A stretch of 64,000 nt of DNA, from positions 6,729 through 70,728 of the forward strand of contig JAWSVD010000110.1 in assembly GCA_033852095.1 (NCBI GenBank). Direction: 5' to 3'. The translations under genes were made by a program, and so were the position numbers. The notes under the pieces are model-generated. The model was not told the DNA's origin, did no database searches, and saw only the letters and a list, made by a program, of their open reading frames with translations. The DNA comes from Granulosicoccaceae bacterium. GTDB taxonomy: Bacteria > Pseudomonadota > Gammaproteobacteria > CALCKW01. Shown here in pieces: positions 38,037 to 49,919 of the stretch (positions are counted from its first letter, which is position 1; the number at the start of each line of letters is the position of its first letter).

Positions 38037-39025
38037 CAAAACCACCTCGCCCAAAACAGGCAACAGCCCCAGGGGGCCAATAACCACAACAGCCAGGGGC
38101 CACGGTCCAGCCACAACTGCGTGCTGCGCTGCTGCTCGGCTCCGGCGTCAGTTGCATTGAGCACGTCGAAACGCGGCAACAACGCCTGCACATCACTGCC
38201 ATCTGCGCGCAACAGCGCAAAGCGACCCTGCCCAGCGGCTGCGAGCTTATTCAAAGCTGACTGCGGCGTGGACACGATCAGCGGCCTTCCGTCGGCACCT
38301 CGTATCGCCCGCCCGTTGCGCCCCGGCACAGGTGCACCTTCCAAACTGCCCACCGCCATAACCGACACAGGCACACCCGCGTCAGCTGCTTGCTCGGCCG
38401 CGTCCAGCGCCGCTTGGTCCGGAGCCGAATCCGTTATCAATACAATCTCACCACCGGGAAGCCCAGACTGCCGCAACAAACCCTGGGCATAGAGAATCGC
38501 CTCGCCGATATTCGCGCCCTGAGTCGGAGCTAACGCTGTCGTGATGGCCGTCGCCGTCTCACGCAGTGTCAGCGCATCATCGGTCAGCGGGCTGACCACA
38601 TAGGGGGAAGCGGCAAACACCACCAGGCCCACCTGCCGGTCTCTGCTCGCCTGCAGCAGATCGATCAGCTTAAGACGCGCCAGCGTCAAGCGGCTGGGTT
38701 TGAGATCAGCGGCGTTCATGGATTGCGATATATCGAGCACAAAGACACGGCCCTGTTGTTGCCGCCCTACCTGAGTATCTACTTTTTCCCAAGCTGGCCC
38801 CGCGCCCGCCAACACCGCGATTGCGACAGCAACGGGGATACTCTTGCGTATCCAGTGAGCGTAAGCATCACCGCCCAACTGGAACTGCGCGCCCAGCAAA
38901 TGCGCATCGACACAATCGGCCCAGCCACCTCGCTGAGCCCCTTGGCCACGCCACCACCAACTCAACAACAACACACAAGGCAACAGCAATAACCACAGGG
39001 GCCTTAAAAAATGGAAATCAGTCAT
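38036..39025 (-). CDS. VWA domain-containing protein (BatB-like)
   Basis: Two N-terminal TM helices, 'VFVLDISQSM' MIDAS DxSxS, C-terminal TM. Confidence 0.75.
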   Translation of the reverse strand: MTDFHFLRPLWLLLLPCVLLLSWWWRGQGAQRGGWADCVDAHLLGAQFQLGGDAYAHWIRKSIPVAVAIAVLAGAGPAWEKVDTQVGRQQQGRVFVLDISQSMNAADLKPSRLTLARLKLIDLLQASRDRQVGLVVFAASPYVVSPLTDDALTLRETATAITTALAPTQGANIGEAILYAQGLLRQSGLPGGEIVLITDSAPDQAALDAAEQAADAGVPVSVMAVGSLEGAPVPGRNGRAIRGADGRPLIVSTPQSALNKLAAAGQGRFALLRADGSDVQALLPRFDVLNATDAGAEQQRSTQLWLDRGPWLLWLLAPWGCCLFWARWF

Positions 39026-39977
39026 GGCGACGCCACCCCCATGGCTCGAGCAGTAACAGCGCAAACCCTAACGCCGCTGCCAGTGCCCAGTGAAAAAACG
39101 CGTGTTTGGGCCTGAATATCTCATCCCCCGCCGCCGCTGGCTCCAAGGTATCCAGCGCTCGATAAACATCGATCAACTCACTGGTATCAGCCGCCTTGAA
39201 GAACTGCCCGCCGGTGAGTTCGGCGACCTCCCGCAAGCTCGCTTCATCGATACCCGAGCCTGGTAATACAGCACCAAAGAAGGAGCGCTCTTTGCTCCCC
39301 ACACCGATGGTATGAATACGCACGTCCATCTGCCTGGCCAGCTCCGCGGCCTGCTTGGGCTGCAACTCACCGGCCGTGTTGTCACCGTCTGTCAGCAGCA
39401 CCAACACCCGTGATTTCGACGGTCTGTCACGCAGGCGCTTCACCGCCAAACCAATTGCATCGCCGATGGCCGTTGATTTGCCCGCCAACCCCACCACAGC
39501 GTCTTGCAGAAAATAGTCGACCGTTTTTTTGTCAAAGGTCAGCGGGGTTTGCAAATAGGGCTTGGTACCAAACAATATCAAACCAACTCTGTCCCCCTCG
39601 CGCCGCAATACAAAATCACTGGCGACTGCCCTGACGGCGTCCAGCCGCGTCAGGCGCTGCCCCTGCCAAAAGAAATCGCGGTTGTCCATGCTGCCCGAAA
39701 TATCCATGGCCATCATCAGATCGCGCCCCGTCACCGGCAGCGATTCATTCTCGCCCAAGACCTGCGGCTGGGCGAGGGCCACCACGAAACAGATCCAACT
39801 CAACAGGGCCACCACCTGCCGCCAAGCAATACCTGCCCCGGTAGAGAGTTCCGTAGGAAGCGCGTCGATTGAGGGCAGATGCAGCGCACCGCCATCTGTT
39901 TTGTCGCGATTCAAAAATAAGAACAGCAGCGGAAGTGGCAACAATAAAAATGCGAGCGGCAAGGCAAAATCAATCAT
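39018..39977 (-). CDS. VWA domain-containing protein (BatA-like)
   Basis: 'LMMAMDISGSM' MIDAS motif, N-terminal TM pair, ~320 aa. Confidence 0.8.
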   Translation of the reverse strand: MIDFALPLAFLLLPLPLLFLFLNRDKTDGGALHLPSIDALPTELSTGAGIAWRQVVALLSWICFVVALAQPQVLGENESLPVTGRDLMMAMDISGSMDNRDFFWQGQRLTRLDAVRAVASDFVLRREGDRVGLILFGTKPYLQTPLTFDKKTVDYFLQDAVVGLAGKSTAIGDAIGLAVKRLRDRPSKSRVLVLLTDGDNTAGELQPKQAAELARQMDVRIHTIGVGSKERSFFGAVLPGSGIDEASLREVAELTGGQFFKAADTSELIDVYRALDTLEPAAAGDEIFRPKHAFFHWALAAALGFALLLLEPWGWRRHD

Positions 39978-40491
39978 GGCCTTTCCCCGAGACTTTGCGT
40001 GCGCCTTTCAGCCAAGCGGCACAGGCTTGCAGTAAGTCCTTCACCTGAGCATCGGGCAGTGATTGAGCTTTGTAGGGCGCCTGTATTAATACGAGAGCGG
40101 CGCTGCGACCGAATCCGGCGCCATCACCCACTTCCCTGATGATGTCGATCCAGCGTTCATCCGTGGCCCGCGCCACCGCTGTTCGACCGCGGGCGGCGAT
40201 AGCAGAACGCCGCATCAGCACGGACAGTTGAGCCACCACCGAGCGCGAATCAAGATCCCCCTGGCTGAACGCCTGCTCTAAATCGCGCAGTTCTGTCTCG
40301 GCAAATTGAACCCAACGAACCCGGCGGTGCCGCGCCAGGAATGCTCTGCCCAGCAGCGCAAACAGCACCACTAACAGCAGCAAAAGCAGCCACCAGCCTG
40401 GCGCGGGCGGCCACCAGTGCACCGCAGGTGCGCTGATATCATGGAGTTGAGCCAGCAGCTTTTCTGTCTCTTGTTGAATGTCTTGCTCCAT
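39970..40491 (-). CDS. DUF4381-like small membrane protein of MoxR/Bat operon
   Basis: 173 aa, single TM 'WWLLLLLLVVLFALLG', conserved operon position between DUF58 and BatA. Confidence 0.55.
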   Translation of the reverse strand: MEQDIQQETEKLLAQLHDISAPAVHWWPPAPGWWLLLLLLVVLFALLGRAFLARHRRVRWVQFAETELRDLEQAFSQGDLDSRSVVAQLSVLMRRSAIAARGRTAVARATDERWIDIIREVGDGAGFGRSAALVLIQAPYKAQSLPDAQVKDLLQACAAWLKGARKVSGKGHD

Positions 40492-40497
40492 GTCGCC

Positions 40498-41405
40498 CTA
40501 TACCTGCACGCTGCGCGTCAAGACCGAACTGACGTCATGCTCGGTGCTAATGCGTTGGTAACGGGCGCCGGCGCGGGTGAATTCATGGCTTAATTGCTCG
40601 GCACGGCGCTCAAACTGCGCACTGTATTCGCGAGCGGCCGCACTGCCGGCGCGCGGCAGCACACGACGGCGTATTCCGTCAGTCACCGTACAGCCGGCGC
40701 GGGCGGGCAATAACCATTGCAGTGGATCAACCACGTGCATCATCTGCAGTGCGGCGTGGCGGCAGGCGCCGCCAAGCGCCAGCTGAGCGTCCGCGTCCCA
40801 GTCGTGAAAATCAGACACCACAAAAGCCTCCCCACCGGCGTGCAGCACACGCTTTAATTCGGTCAACATCTCCGCCATGGAGAGACCGCCAGGCTGCGAT
40901 TCAGCGTGGCATTCCACCATCGCTTTGCAGAGCTGAGCCACCCCTGAATGCCCCGCCTTAGGCGGCAGCTCGCGGTGCTGCAGGTCATTGAAGATCAGCG
41001 CCCCAACCTTGTCGCCGTGGCCAACAGCGCGCCAAGCCAAGCCGGCCGCCAATCGCGCGCAGTGCACGGATTTAAAACACACGCGCGTGCCGTAACGCAG
41101 TGCCAATCGCAGATCGACCACAATAAGCACAGGCCGCTCGCGCTCTTCTTGGAAGAGTTTGCTGTGCACCTTGCCTCTTCTGGCAGTGGTTTTCCAATCG
41201 ATAAAACGCAGCTCATCGCCTGCCTGGTAGGGCCGCAACTCGGCGAAATCCAGGCCGCGGCCCAATGGCCTAGCGCGGTTATTCTGGCCGCCACGGGTGC
41301 GCACCTGCTTCATGTGCCGACGGCGAATACGCTGCACAACGCGCTGTGCCAAGAGCTCGGGCATGCCGAGATCCACGCCCTCACGCCACGCACCGGCAGC
41401 TGTTG

Positions 41406-41409
<4 letters not shown>
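40498..41409 (-). CDS. DUF58 domain-containing protein (VWA-like, MoxR partner)
   Basis: 'FAELRPYQAGDELRFIDWKTTARRGK' hallmark DUF58 motif. Confidence 0.75.
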
Positions 41410-42383
<974 letters not shown>

Positions 42384-42499
42384 GTGTACAATACTCCCTC
42401 TTTTGATCCGCAGTGCGCCGACAATGTCGTGCGCCAAATCCGCCCATTATAGAACGAAGCGTGAAGCGGTATACCCCCCTAACAGCGGAGTAATGATAA

Positions 42500-43324
42500 A
42501 TGTCTGAATCCATCCTGATCACGGGTTGCTCCAGCGGCATTGGCCTGTGCTTGGCGCGCGGTTTGCGCAAGAATGGCTACCGTGTTTTAGCGACGGCTCG
42601 CGCCGCGGAAGACGTGGACCTGCTGCGCGCCGAAGGGCTGGAAGCTTGGGTCTTGGACTTGGACGACAGCCAAAATGTTCAACAGCTCGCGCTAGAAATC
42701 ACCGACGCCACGGAGGGAAAATTATACGCACTGATCAACAACGCGGCCTACGGCCAGGTTGGCGCGGTGGAGGACTTAAGCCGCGAAGTGTTGCGCGCCC
42801 AGTTCGAGACCAACGTCTTCGGCACCCAAGAGCTGAGCAACGCCCTGCTGCCGAGCATGCGAGCGGCGGGCCGCGGCCGTATCATTTACATCAGCTCCAT
42901 ACTCGGGCTGGTCTGCATGCCTATGCGCGGTGCCTACTCGGCCAGCAAATTTGCGCTCGAGGCACTCGCCGACAACCTGCGCATGGAACTTGCCGGCAGC
43001 GGCGTGCAAGTATCCCTGATCGAGCCCGGGCCGATCGTGTCGAAATTCCGCGAGAACGCGCTGCGGGTATTCAACGCCACCATCGACACCGAAGCCAGCG
43101 TGCACAAGACACGCTACCAACGTGAGATCAGCCGACTGAACAACCCGAATCCGAACTCTAAATTCACCCTGCAACCCGACGCGGTACTGCAAAAGGTTGA
43201 ACACGCCCTGCGTGCCAAGCGCGCTCGGCCTCGTTATTACGTGACCACGCCCGCCTGGGTTTTCGGCCTGCTGCGACGCTTGCTGCCAACCCGCGCCTTG
43301 GATGCACTGTTATCACGCGGCTAG
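42500..43324 (+). CDS. SDR family oxidoreductase
   Basis: 'ILITGCSSGIGL' TGxxxGxG, 'NNAAYG', 'YSASKFALE' YxxxK. Confidence 0.8.
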   Translation: MSESILITGCSSGIGLCLARGLRKNGYRVLATARAAEDVDLLRAEGLEAWVLDLDDSQNVQQLALEITDATEGKLYALINNAAYGQVGAVEDLSREVLRAQFETNVFGTQELSNALLPSMRAAGRGRIIYISSILGLVCMPMRGAYSASKFALEALADNLRMELAGSGVQVSLIEPGPIVSKFRENALRVFNATIDTEASVHKTRYQREISRLNNPNPNSKFTLQPDAVLQKVEHALRAKRARPRYYVTTPAWVFGLLRRLLPTRALDALLSRG

Positions 43325-43447
43325 ACAGATAAAATAATGCATTGGGGCGAAGCCAGTTATGCTCCGACTCACGCGGGACGCTGAGCATTGAACCGACGCC
43401 GAGCACAAAGCCGTGCCCGGGGTATTTGACTATTTAAAGGAGCAAAC

Positions 43448-44710
43448 ATGAAAATCTCCGCCTTCGGCGAGCGCTTCGGTGAGCAACTGGGTGTGCTGCA
43501 ATTGATGGATGATTTCGCAGCGCTGGCCGACAGCAGCGAGCCCACCATCATGCTCGGCGGCGGCAACCCCGCCTGCCTGGACGAAGTCATGGCGGTCTAT
43601 CAGCGCCAGCTGCAAGAACTCAGCGCAGACAGCGCACGTTTTAACGCCGCCTTCGGCAACTACGACACCCCGGTCGGTCGGGTGGAGCTGATCGACGCGC
43701 TGGTGAAACTGCTCAACCGCGAATACGGCTGGGGTATCGGCCGCGAGCACGTCGCCCTCACCAACGGCAGCCAGAACGCCTTCTTTTGCCTGTTCAACCT
43801 CTTCGGCGGGCGCCGCAGCGACGGCACTTTGCAAAAAGTGCTGCTGCCAATGGCACCTGAATACATGGGTTACAGCGATGTGGCCGTGGGCGAGCGCTTC
43901 TTTGTCAGCCACCGCCCCACCATCGAAGAGCTGCCGGGTGGCCTGTTCAAATACCACGTGGATTTCAACGCCGTGACCGTCGGCGAGGACATCGGCGCCC
44001 TGTGTGTCTCACGCCCCACCAACCCCACGGGCAACGTGCTGACCGACGAAGAGATCACACACCTGGAACAGCTGGCACTGGACAACGATGTGCCGCTGAT
44101 CATCGACAACGCTTACGGCGCGCCCTTCCCTGACATCACGGCGGGCAACATCACGCCGAGCTGGTCGGAAAACACCGTGATGTGCATGAGCCTGTCCAAG
44201 ATCGGCCTGCCCGCGGTGCGCACTGGCATCGTCATCGCACGGCCGGAGATCGTGCGTAAAATCGGCGCCATGAACGCGGTGATGAACCTCTCCCCCGGCG
44301 GCATCGGGCCGTCCCTGCTGGCCCCGCTGGTGGAGAGCGGCGAGATCATCACCCTGGCACGTCAGCACATCCGCCCCTTCTACAGGGCACACGCGGAGTT
44401 CGCGCGGGACAAGCTGACCCAAGCGCTGGCGCGCACGCCCGCCCGACTGCACCGGCCCGAGGGGGCGATCTTTGTCTGGCTGTGGATGCCCGGCCTGCCG
44501 ATCGACACCTACACCCTGTACCAGCGCCTCAAGGCGCGGCACGTGGTGGTGGTGCCGGGCGAGCATTTTTTCCCGGGCCTGGAAAAGGACGACTGGGCGC
44601 ACAAACACGAATGCCTGCGCATCAGCGTGGCGCAGCCCGAAGCGGTCATCGCGCAGGGGCTCGACATCATCATCGACGAAGTCATCGCCACCTACGCCGG
44701 CGAGCGCTAA
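43448..44710 (+). CDS. avtA: valine--pyruvate aminotransferase
   Basis: Near-colinear similarity to E. coli AvtA as recalled (FGxxF...LxLMxDxxxxL, 'LGGGNPA', 'VALTNGSQNAFFCLFNLFGGRR', 'PEGAIFVWLW', 'LYQRLKARHV'). Confidence 0.85.
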   Translation: MKISAFGERFGEQLGVLQLMDDFAALADSSEPTIMLGGGNPACLDEVMAVYQRQLQELSADSARFNAAFGNYDTPVGRVELIDALVKLLNREYGWGIGREHVALTNGSQNAFFCLFNLFGGRRSDGTLQKVLLPMAPEYMGYSDVAVGERFFVSHRPTIEELPGGLFKYHVDFNAVTVGEDIGALCVSRPTNPTGNVLTDEEITHLEQLALDNDVPLIIDNAYGAPFPDITAGNITPSWSENTVMCMSLSKIGLPAVRTGIVIARPEIVRKIGAMNAVMNLSPGGIGPSLLAPLVESGEIITLARQHIRPFYRAHAEFARDKLTQALARTPARLHRPEGAIFVWLWMPGLPIDTYTLYQRLKARHVVVVPGEHFFPGLEKDDWAHKHECLRISVAQPEAVIAQGLDIIIDEVIATYAGER

Positions 44711-44797
44711 TGCTGACAGCTAAAGCCGTCGCCTGCCAGCTTGCACCCACGCCGCATCAGATGCATAGTCCTCACCCTTGTCGCCGCTGGAGTCAGC

Positions 44798-45628
44798 ATG
44801 AAAATAGTCTCGTTTAACGTCAACAGCGTTCGCCAGCGCCTGCACCAGCTGCAGGCCCTGATCGACAACCATGCCCCCGACATCATCGGCCTGCAGGAAA
44901 TCAAGGTCAGCGACCCGGACTTTCCCGTGGCCGATATCGAAGCGCTGGGTTATCACGTGGTGTATCACGGCCAGAAGACCCACTACGGCGTCGCCATGCT
45001 GTGCAAGCAGGCGCCGACAGCGGTGATCAAGGGTTTTGCGAGCGACGACGAGGACGCGCAGCGACGCTGGATCGGGGTCGAGTATCCGCTGGCTGACGGC
45101 GACAGCCTGCACGTCTACAACGGTTATTTCCCGCAGGGTGAGGCACGTGATCACGCCGTCAAATTCCCCGCCAAAGAGCGTTTTTACGCCGACGTGCTGA
45201 GCTGCCTAGAGCGACACCAGCCAGAGCAGAAAGTGCTGGTCATGGGGGATTTTAACGTGGCTCCTGTGGAGGCGGACATTGGCATTGGCCCGGACAACGC
45301 CAAGCGTTGGCTGCGCAGCGGCAAAGCGAGTTTCCTGCCCGAAGAACGCGAATGGCTGCAGCGGCTCGCCGACTGGGGCTTGGTCGACACCTACCGCCAT
45401 CTCTACCCCGAGAACACAGATTTTTACAGCTGGTTTGACTACCGCTCCAAAGGCTTCGACCGCGACCCCCGACGCGGCCTGCGCATCGATCACCTCTACG
45501 CCAGCGCGCCACTGATGGAGCTGTTGCAAGACAGCGGCATGGACTACGACATCCGCGGCATGGAAAAACCCAGCGATCACTGCCCCGTCTGGAGCAGTTT
45601 CAACACAACAGCAGGCAGCACCGCATGA
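44798..45628 (+). CDS. xthA: exodeoxyribonuclease III
   Basis: '[18 protein letters not shown]...DIIGLQEIK' and C-terminal 'SDHCPV' EEP-family AP endonuclease motifs; track ORF begins upstream at 44741. Confidence 0.9.
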   Translation: MKIVSFNVNSVRQRLHQLQALIDNHAPDIIGLQEIKVSDPDFPVADIEALGYHVVYHGQKTHYGVAMLCKQAPTAVIKGFASDDEDAQRRWIGVEYPLADGDSLHVYNGYFPQGEARDHAVKFPAKERFYADVLSCLERHQPEQKVLVMGDFNVAPVEADIGIGPDNAKRWLRSGKASFLPEEREWLQRLADWGLVDTYRHLYPENTDFYSWFDYRSKGFDRDPRRGLRIDHLYASAPLMELLQDSGMDYDIRGMEKPSDHCPVWSSFNTTAGSTA

Positions 45629-46110
45629 ATTGGTTTTTCTTTGGCAGCATGATGGATCAAGAAGTACTGGAAATCGTGGTCGGTCGCACCGTGCTTGAAG
45701 AGGAAATGATCACCACCATACTGCCCGGTTATCGCCGTGTTGGCGTGGCCAACGAGAGCTACCCCGCCTTGGTGCACACGTCCAACCAGTCGATAGAGGG
45801 TGTGTTGATCGAGGATCTGGACGCCTCTGAATCGCTGCGAATAATCTATTTTGAAGGCGAGGAATACAAGCCCGAAGAAGTGCAGCTGCAGCTCAAAAAC
45901 CACAAACCCGAGAGTGCCTATTGTTTTTTAGCGTCAGCGGATTTAGAACTCGTTGATCGGGAATGGGATTTCGAATCGTGGCGCACGCAACATTTGCAGG
46001 ATTTCCTGCACCTCAGCGAAGAATGGATGGCGAGCTACGGGAAACTGGAGTTTGATGAGGTCAACGCCCAGTGGCTGGATTCGAACAAGCGCCGCGACTG
46101 GGATAACTAA
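45625..46110 (+). CDS. gamma-glutamyl cyclotransferase-like (AIG2/GGCT fold) protein
   Basis: 'FFFGSMM' YGSL-like loop and 'YFEGEEY' catalytic-Glu region; ATGA overlap with xthA stop. Confidence 0.6.
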   Translation: MNWFFFGSMMDQEVLEIVVGRTVLEEEMITTILPGYRRVGVANESYPALVHTSNQSIEGVLIEDLDASESLRIIYFEGEEYKPEEVQLQLKNHKPESAYCFLASADLELVDREWDFESWRTQHLQDFLHLSEEWMASYGKLEFDEVNAQWLDSNKRRDWDN

Positions 46111-46931
46111 GCCTGCAGGCCCAGCTCCCAGGCCTGCAATGCCAGCTTGCGCTGCAGACCCCATCGGTAGCCGCCCAGACCCGTGTCAGCCCGGATCACC
46201 CGGTGACAGGGGATCAGCACCGCCAGTGGATTAGCCCCCACCGCGGTGCCCACCGCGCGACTGCCCCGCGGACAATCGATGGCTGTGGCCAGCTGGCCGT
46301 AGCTGCAGCGCGCCCCTGACGGCAATGCAAGCAAGGCTTGCCACACCTTGATTTGAAAGGGGCTGCCTGCGAGCAACAGGCGTATTTCACCGCCAGCTGC
46401 CGCAGAGAAAACACGCTGAACAAGCGCTGCCGTGCGTGTTTCATCCACTTGATATTCGGCGTGGGGCAAGCGCTTCTGCAACTGCTCAAGCGCTGTTAGC
46501 TCGCCACCGCGCTCAAGGAACGACAGAGCCAACAACCCCCGCTCGCTGTCCGCCACCAAGACTCGACCGAAAAGTGTGTCATGCACCCCGTGGTGGATCA
46601 CAATGCCCCGCCCGCCACGCTTATATTCGCCCGGCGTGAGTGTCTCATGCCGGATAAAGAGATCGTGCAGCCGCGAGGGGCTGGAGAGACCCGCGTCCAG
46701 GCTGGCGTCCAGCACACTCGCACCCGCCGACAGCAACTGCCGAGCGTGAGCGACACTCAGGCTCTCGACAAAACGCTTGGGGCTGACCCCCACCCATTGG
46801 GTAAATTGTCGCTGGAAATGGTGCGCGGAGAGATTTGATTGAGCCGCGATCTGCTGCAAGCTGGGCTGATCGAGGTAATTCTCTGCCAACCACTGCAAAC
46901 TGCTGGAAAATCGCTGGTAATTGGCGTCCAT
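46107..46931 (-). CDS. AraC-HTH / O6-methylguanine-DNA methyltransferase fusion (Ada-like without N-terminal methylphosphotriester domain)
   Basis: N-terminal AraC-type HTH ('SLQQIAAQSNLSAHHFQRQFTQWVGVSPKRF'), C-terminal MGMT with 'IPCHRVI' active site. Confidence 0.8.
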   Translation of the reverse strand: MDANYQRFSSSLQWLAENYLDQPSLQQIAAQSNLSAHHFQRQFTQWVGVSPKRFVESLSVAHARQLLSAGASVLDASLDAGLSSPSRLHDLFIRHETLTPGEYKRGGRGIVIHHGVHDTLFGRVLVADSERGLLALSFLERGGELTALEQLQKRLPHAEYQVDETRTAALVQRVFSAAAGGEIRLLLAGSPFQIKVWQALLALPSGARCSYGQLATAIDCPRGSRAVGTAVGANPLAVLIPCHRVIRADTGLGGYRWGLQRKLALQAWELGLQA

Positions 46932-47048
46932 CTGCTCAAGCCTCAGGTTGTGTGGGCACAGTATGCACTGGGTCCGCAGCGCCAGACACCCAGATCTTGC
47001 GACCCAGAGCTCGAACGGGACTGCCCGCTCGACACAACTTCTCGAGCC

Positions 47049-48032
47049 CTATAATGTGCGCAATGGCACATCTGCAAAAAACTGCGCGCGCGCCTTGGAA
47101 GATGCAAGCTCTGCCACCTCAGTCACGACCTTTTCGCTTAAGTGCGGCGCGAAAAGCTCGATGAAATCGTACATATAACCGCGCAATTTGGCGGCTTTGC
47201 GAAAGGCGATGTGCGTGGTGCTATGAGCGAAGAGCTTGTCCGCATCCAATACCACCAGCCCCTCAGCGACGGACTCAGCGACAGACAACTCGGCGACTAT
47301 GCCCACCCCCAAACCCATGCGCACATAGGTTTGAATGACGTCCGCATCGGAGGCGGTGAACACCACATTGGGTTTTAGCCCGCGGCTCTTGAAAGCCTCG
47401 TCTAACTTGCTTTGGCCGGTGAAACCGAAAACGTAAGTGACCAGCGGGTAGGTACTCAAGGCTTCGAGGGTCAAGCCGTCCAGGGCGTCAATCTTCTGCA
47501 GCGGGTGGCCCGTGGGCACTAAAATCGCCCGGTGCCAGTGGTAACAGGGCAACATCACCAAATCGTTGTAGAGATCCATGCCCTCGGTGGCAATGGCAAA
47601 ATCAACGACCCCGCTGGCGGCCATTTCGGAGATCTGCGCCGGCGTGCCCTGGTGCATGTGCAGCACCACGTGCGGGTAGCGCTCTCTGAATTTTTCGATC
47701 ACGCGCGGCAGCACATAACGCGCCTGGGTGTGGGTGGTGCCGATGCGCAGCTCGCCCACGTTGGGGTTGGCGTACTCGTGCCCCACCGTGCGGATGTCCT
47801 CCACCTGCTGCATCACCGACTCAGCGATCGCGATGATGCGCTCACCCGCGGGAGTTACTTGGGTGATCTGCTTGCCACTGCGCTGAAAAATCTCAACGCC
47901 GATTTCGTCTTCCAACTGGCGAATTTGCTTGCTCACACCCGGCTGTGAGGTGTAGAGCGCATCCGCTGTCTGCGACACATTGAGATCGTGCCGCACCATG
48001 GCGACGATGTAGCGGAGTTGTTGCAATTTCAC
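47049..48032 (-). CDS. cysB: LysR-family transcriptional regulator CysB
   Basis: N-terminal 60 aa nearly identical in pattern to E. coli CysB as recalled ('MKLQQLRYIVxxVxHxLNVSxTAxxLYTSQPGxSKQxRxLEDEx'). Confidence 0.85.
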   Translation of the reverse strand: MKLQQLRYIVAMVRHDLNVSQTADALYTSQPGVSKQIRQLEDEIGVEIFQRSGKQITQVTPAGERIIAIAESVMQQVEDIRTVGHEYANPNVGELRIGTTHTQARYVLPRVIEKFRERYPHVVLHMHQGTPAQISEMAASGVVDFAIATEGMDLYNDLVMLPCYHWHRAILVPTGHPLQKIDALDGLTLEALSTYPLVTYVFGFTGQSKLDEAFKSRGLKPNVVFTASDADVIQTYVRMGLGVGIVAELSVAESVAEGLVVLDADKLFAHSTTHIAFRKAAKLRGYMYDFIELFAPHLSEKVVTEVAELASSKARAQFFADVPLRTL

Positions 48033-48097
48033 GGTAGTTCCACCCGCCGCTTATGCGGCTTATTTTCATCCAATGCAGACAAGCTGCCGATCAAGCT

Positions 48098-49684
48098 TTA
48101 AACGCCACCCTGCTCGCGTGTGGCGAGGAATTTCACCTCCGGCCAGCGCTCTTCGGCCATGCTCAAATTGACCCGTGTCGACGCCAGATAGACAAGCTCT
48201 CCGGCGTGATCAATGGACAAGTTGGCGGCCAGTTTTTCTTTGAAGTCGCGCAGCATTTTTTCGTCGTCACAGCTGATCCAGCGGGCCATTTTTACCTGCA
48301 CCGACTCAAACAAGCAGTCGACTTTGTACTCATCTTGCAGTCGCTGCGCCACCACGTCGAACTGCAAAATCCCGATCGCACCCAGAATCAAATCGTTGGA
48401 TTGCATCGGCTTGAACAGCTGCGTCGCCCCCTCTTCACACAATTGCGAGAGGCCTTTCTGCAACTGCTTCATCTTCAGCGGGTCACGCAGGCGCGCGCGG
48501 CGAAACAACTCCGGTGCGAAGCTGGGGATACCGGTAAAGGTCAGGTCTTCACCCACGGTAAAGGTATCGCCAATGCGGATAGTGCCGTGGTTGTGCAAAC
48601 CGATGATATCGCCCGAATAGGCTTCCTCTACGTGACCGCGATCGGCCGCGAGGAAGGTCAGTGCATCCGCAAATTTCATGTCCTTCCCTGTGCGCACGTG
48701 CTTGGCTTTCATGCCACGCTTGTACTGCCCAGAGCATATACGCAGAAATGCAATGCGGTCCCGGTGCTGTGGGTCCATGTTCGCCTGTATTTTAAAGACA
48801 AAACCCGTGAACTTTGATTCCAGCGGATCAACATCACGCGTCAAAGTCGCGTGCGGCTGCGGGTCGGGCGCAAATTTAACGAAGTCCGCCAGCAACTCTT
48901 CCACGCCGAAATTATTGATCGCAGAACCGAAAAATACCGGGGTGAGCTCACCGGCCAGATATTCTTCTAAGACAAAGGGGTTGCTCGCCCCCTGCACCAG
49001 CTCCAGCTCTTCACGCAGCTCGTCAACCTGTGTGCCCAGTAGCTCGTCCAGACGCGGGTTGTCCAGGCCTTTGACCGTTTCGCCCTCTTGCACCTTGCCG
49101 TTGTGGTTCGGGCTGAAGAAGGTCACCGTGTCTTTGGCGATGTGATAGACACCCTTGAAGCGCTTGCCCATGCCGATGGGCCAGCTGATGGGCGCGCAGC
49201 GAATGCCCAGCGACGATTCGACTTCGTCGAGCAGATCGATCGCGTCACGGCCCTCACGGTCCAACTTGTTGATGAAGGTCATGACCGGCGTATTGCGAAG
49301 CCGGCACACTTCCATCAGTTTTTTGGTGCGTCGCTCCACGCCTTTGGCCACGTCGATCACCATCAAGGCGGAATCCACCGCTGTCATGGTGCGATAGGTG
49401 TCTTCCGAGAAGTCCTCGTGGCCGGGGGTGTCGAGCAGATTGACCATGCAATCCCCGTAGGGAAACTGCATCACGGACGAGGTGACCGAGATACCTCGCT
49501 CCTGCTCCATCTTCATCCAATCGGAGGTGGCGTGCCGGGCCGCCTTACGGCCTTTGACCGAGCCCGCCTGCTGAATCGCTCCGCCGAACAACAGTAACTT
49601 TTCAGTCAGGGTCGTCTTGCCCGCATCCGGGTGCGAGATGATGGCGAAAGTACGCCGGCGTTTGATTTCTTGATCCAGTTCCAT
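48098..49684 (-). CDS. prfC: peptide chain release factor 3
   Basis: '[29 protein letters not shown]' GTPase G1, 528 aa, RF3 family architecture. Confidence 0.9.
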   Translation of the reverse strand: MELDQEIKRRRTFAIISHPDAGKTTLTEKLLLFGGAIQQAGSVKGRKAARHATSDWMKMEQERGISVTSSVMQFPYGDCMVNLLDTPGHEDFSEDTYRTMTAVDSALMVIDVAKGVERRTKKLMEVCRLRNTPVMTFINKLDREGRDAIDLLDEVESSLGIRCAPISWPIGMGKRFKGVYHIAKDTVTFFSPNHNGKVQEGETVKGLDNPRLDELLGTQVDELREELELVQGASNPFVLEEYLAGELTPVFFGSAINNFGVEELLADFVKFAPDPQPHATLTRDVDPLESKFTGFVFKIQANMDPQHRDRIAFLRICSGQYKRGMKAKHVRTGKDMKFADALTFLAADRGHVEEAYSGDIIGLHNHGTIRIGDTFTVGEDLTFTGIPSFAPELFRRARLRDPLKMKQLQKGLSQLCEEGATQLFKPMQSNDLILGAIGILQFDVVAQRLQDEYKVDCLFESVQVKMARWISCDDEKMLRDFKEKLAANLSIDHAGELVYLASTRVNLSMAEERWPEVKFLATREQGGV

Positions 49685-49859
49685 CGTGGTCGGTTCTGCG
49701 CTGCTGTTATGTCAACCACACATTATAACGCAGTCACCCTACAACAAGCGCAGGGATTCAATACGGGGATTAAACACGGCCCAGCCTATTGCCTAAGGCG
49801 GCAACAGCCAAGCGGCCGTCAGATACGCAAGAAATCCAGTGCAGCAAAAACACAGGCGC

Positions 49860-49890
49860 AAAAAAAACCCCGCCGAGGCGGGGTTTTCTC
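49860..49890. terminator. bidirectional Rho-independent terminator between actP and prfC
   Basis: AAAAAAAA-CCCCGCC-gag-GCGGGG-TTTTCTC: perfect GC hairpin flanked by A-run and T-run. Confidence 0.8.
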
Positions 49891-49919
49891 AAGCTTCAAG
49901 AAGCTATTTCACACTAAAA

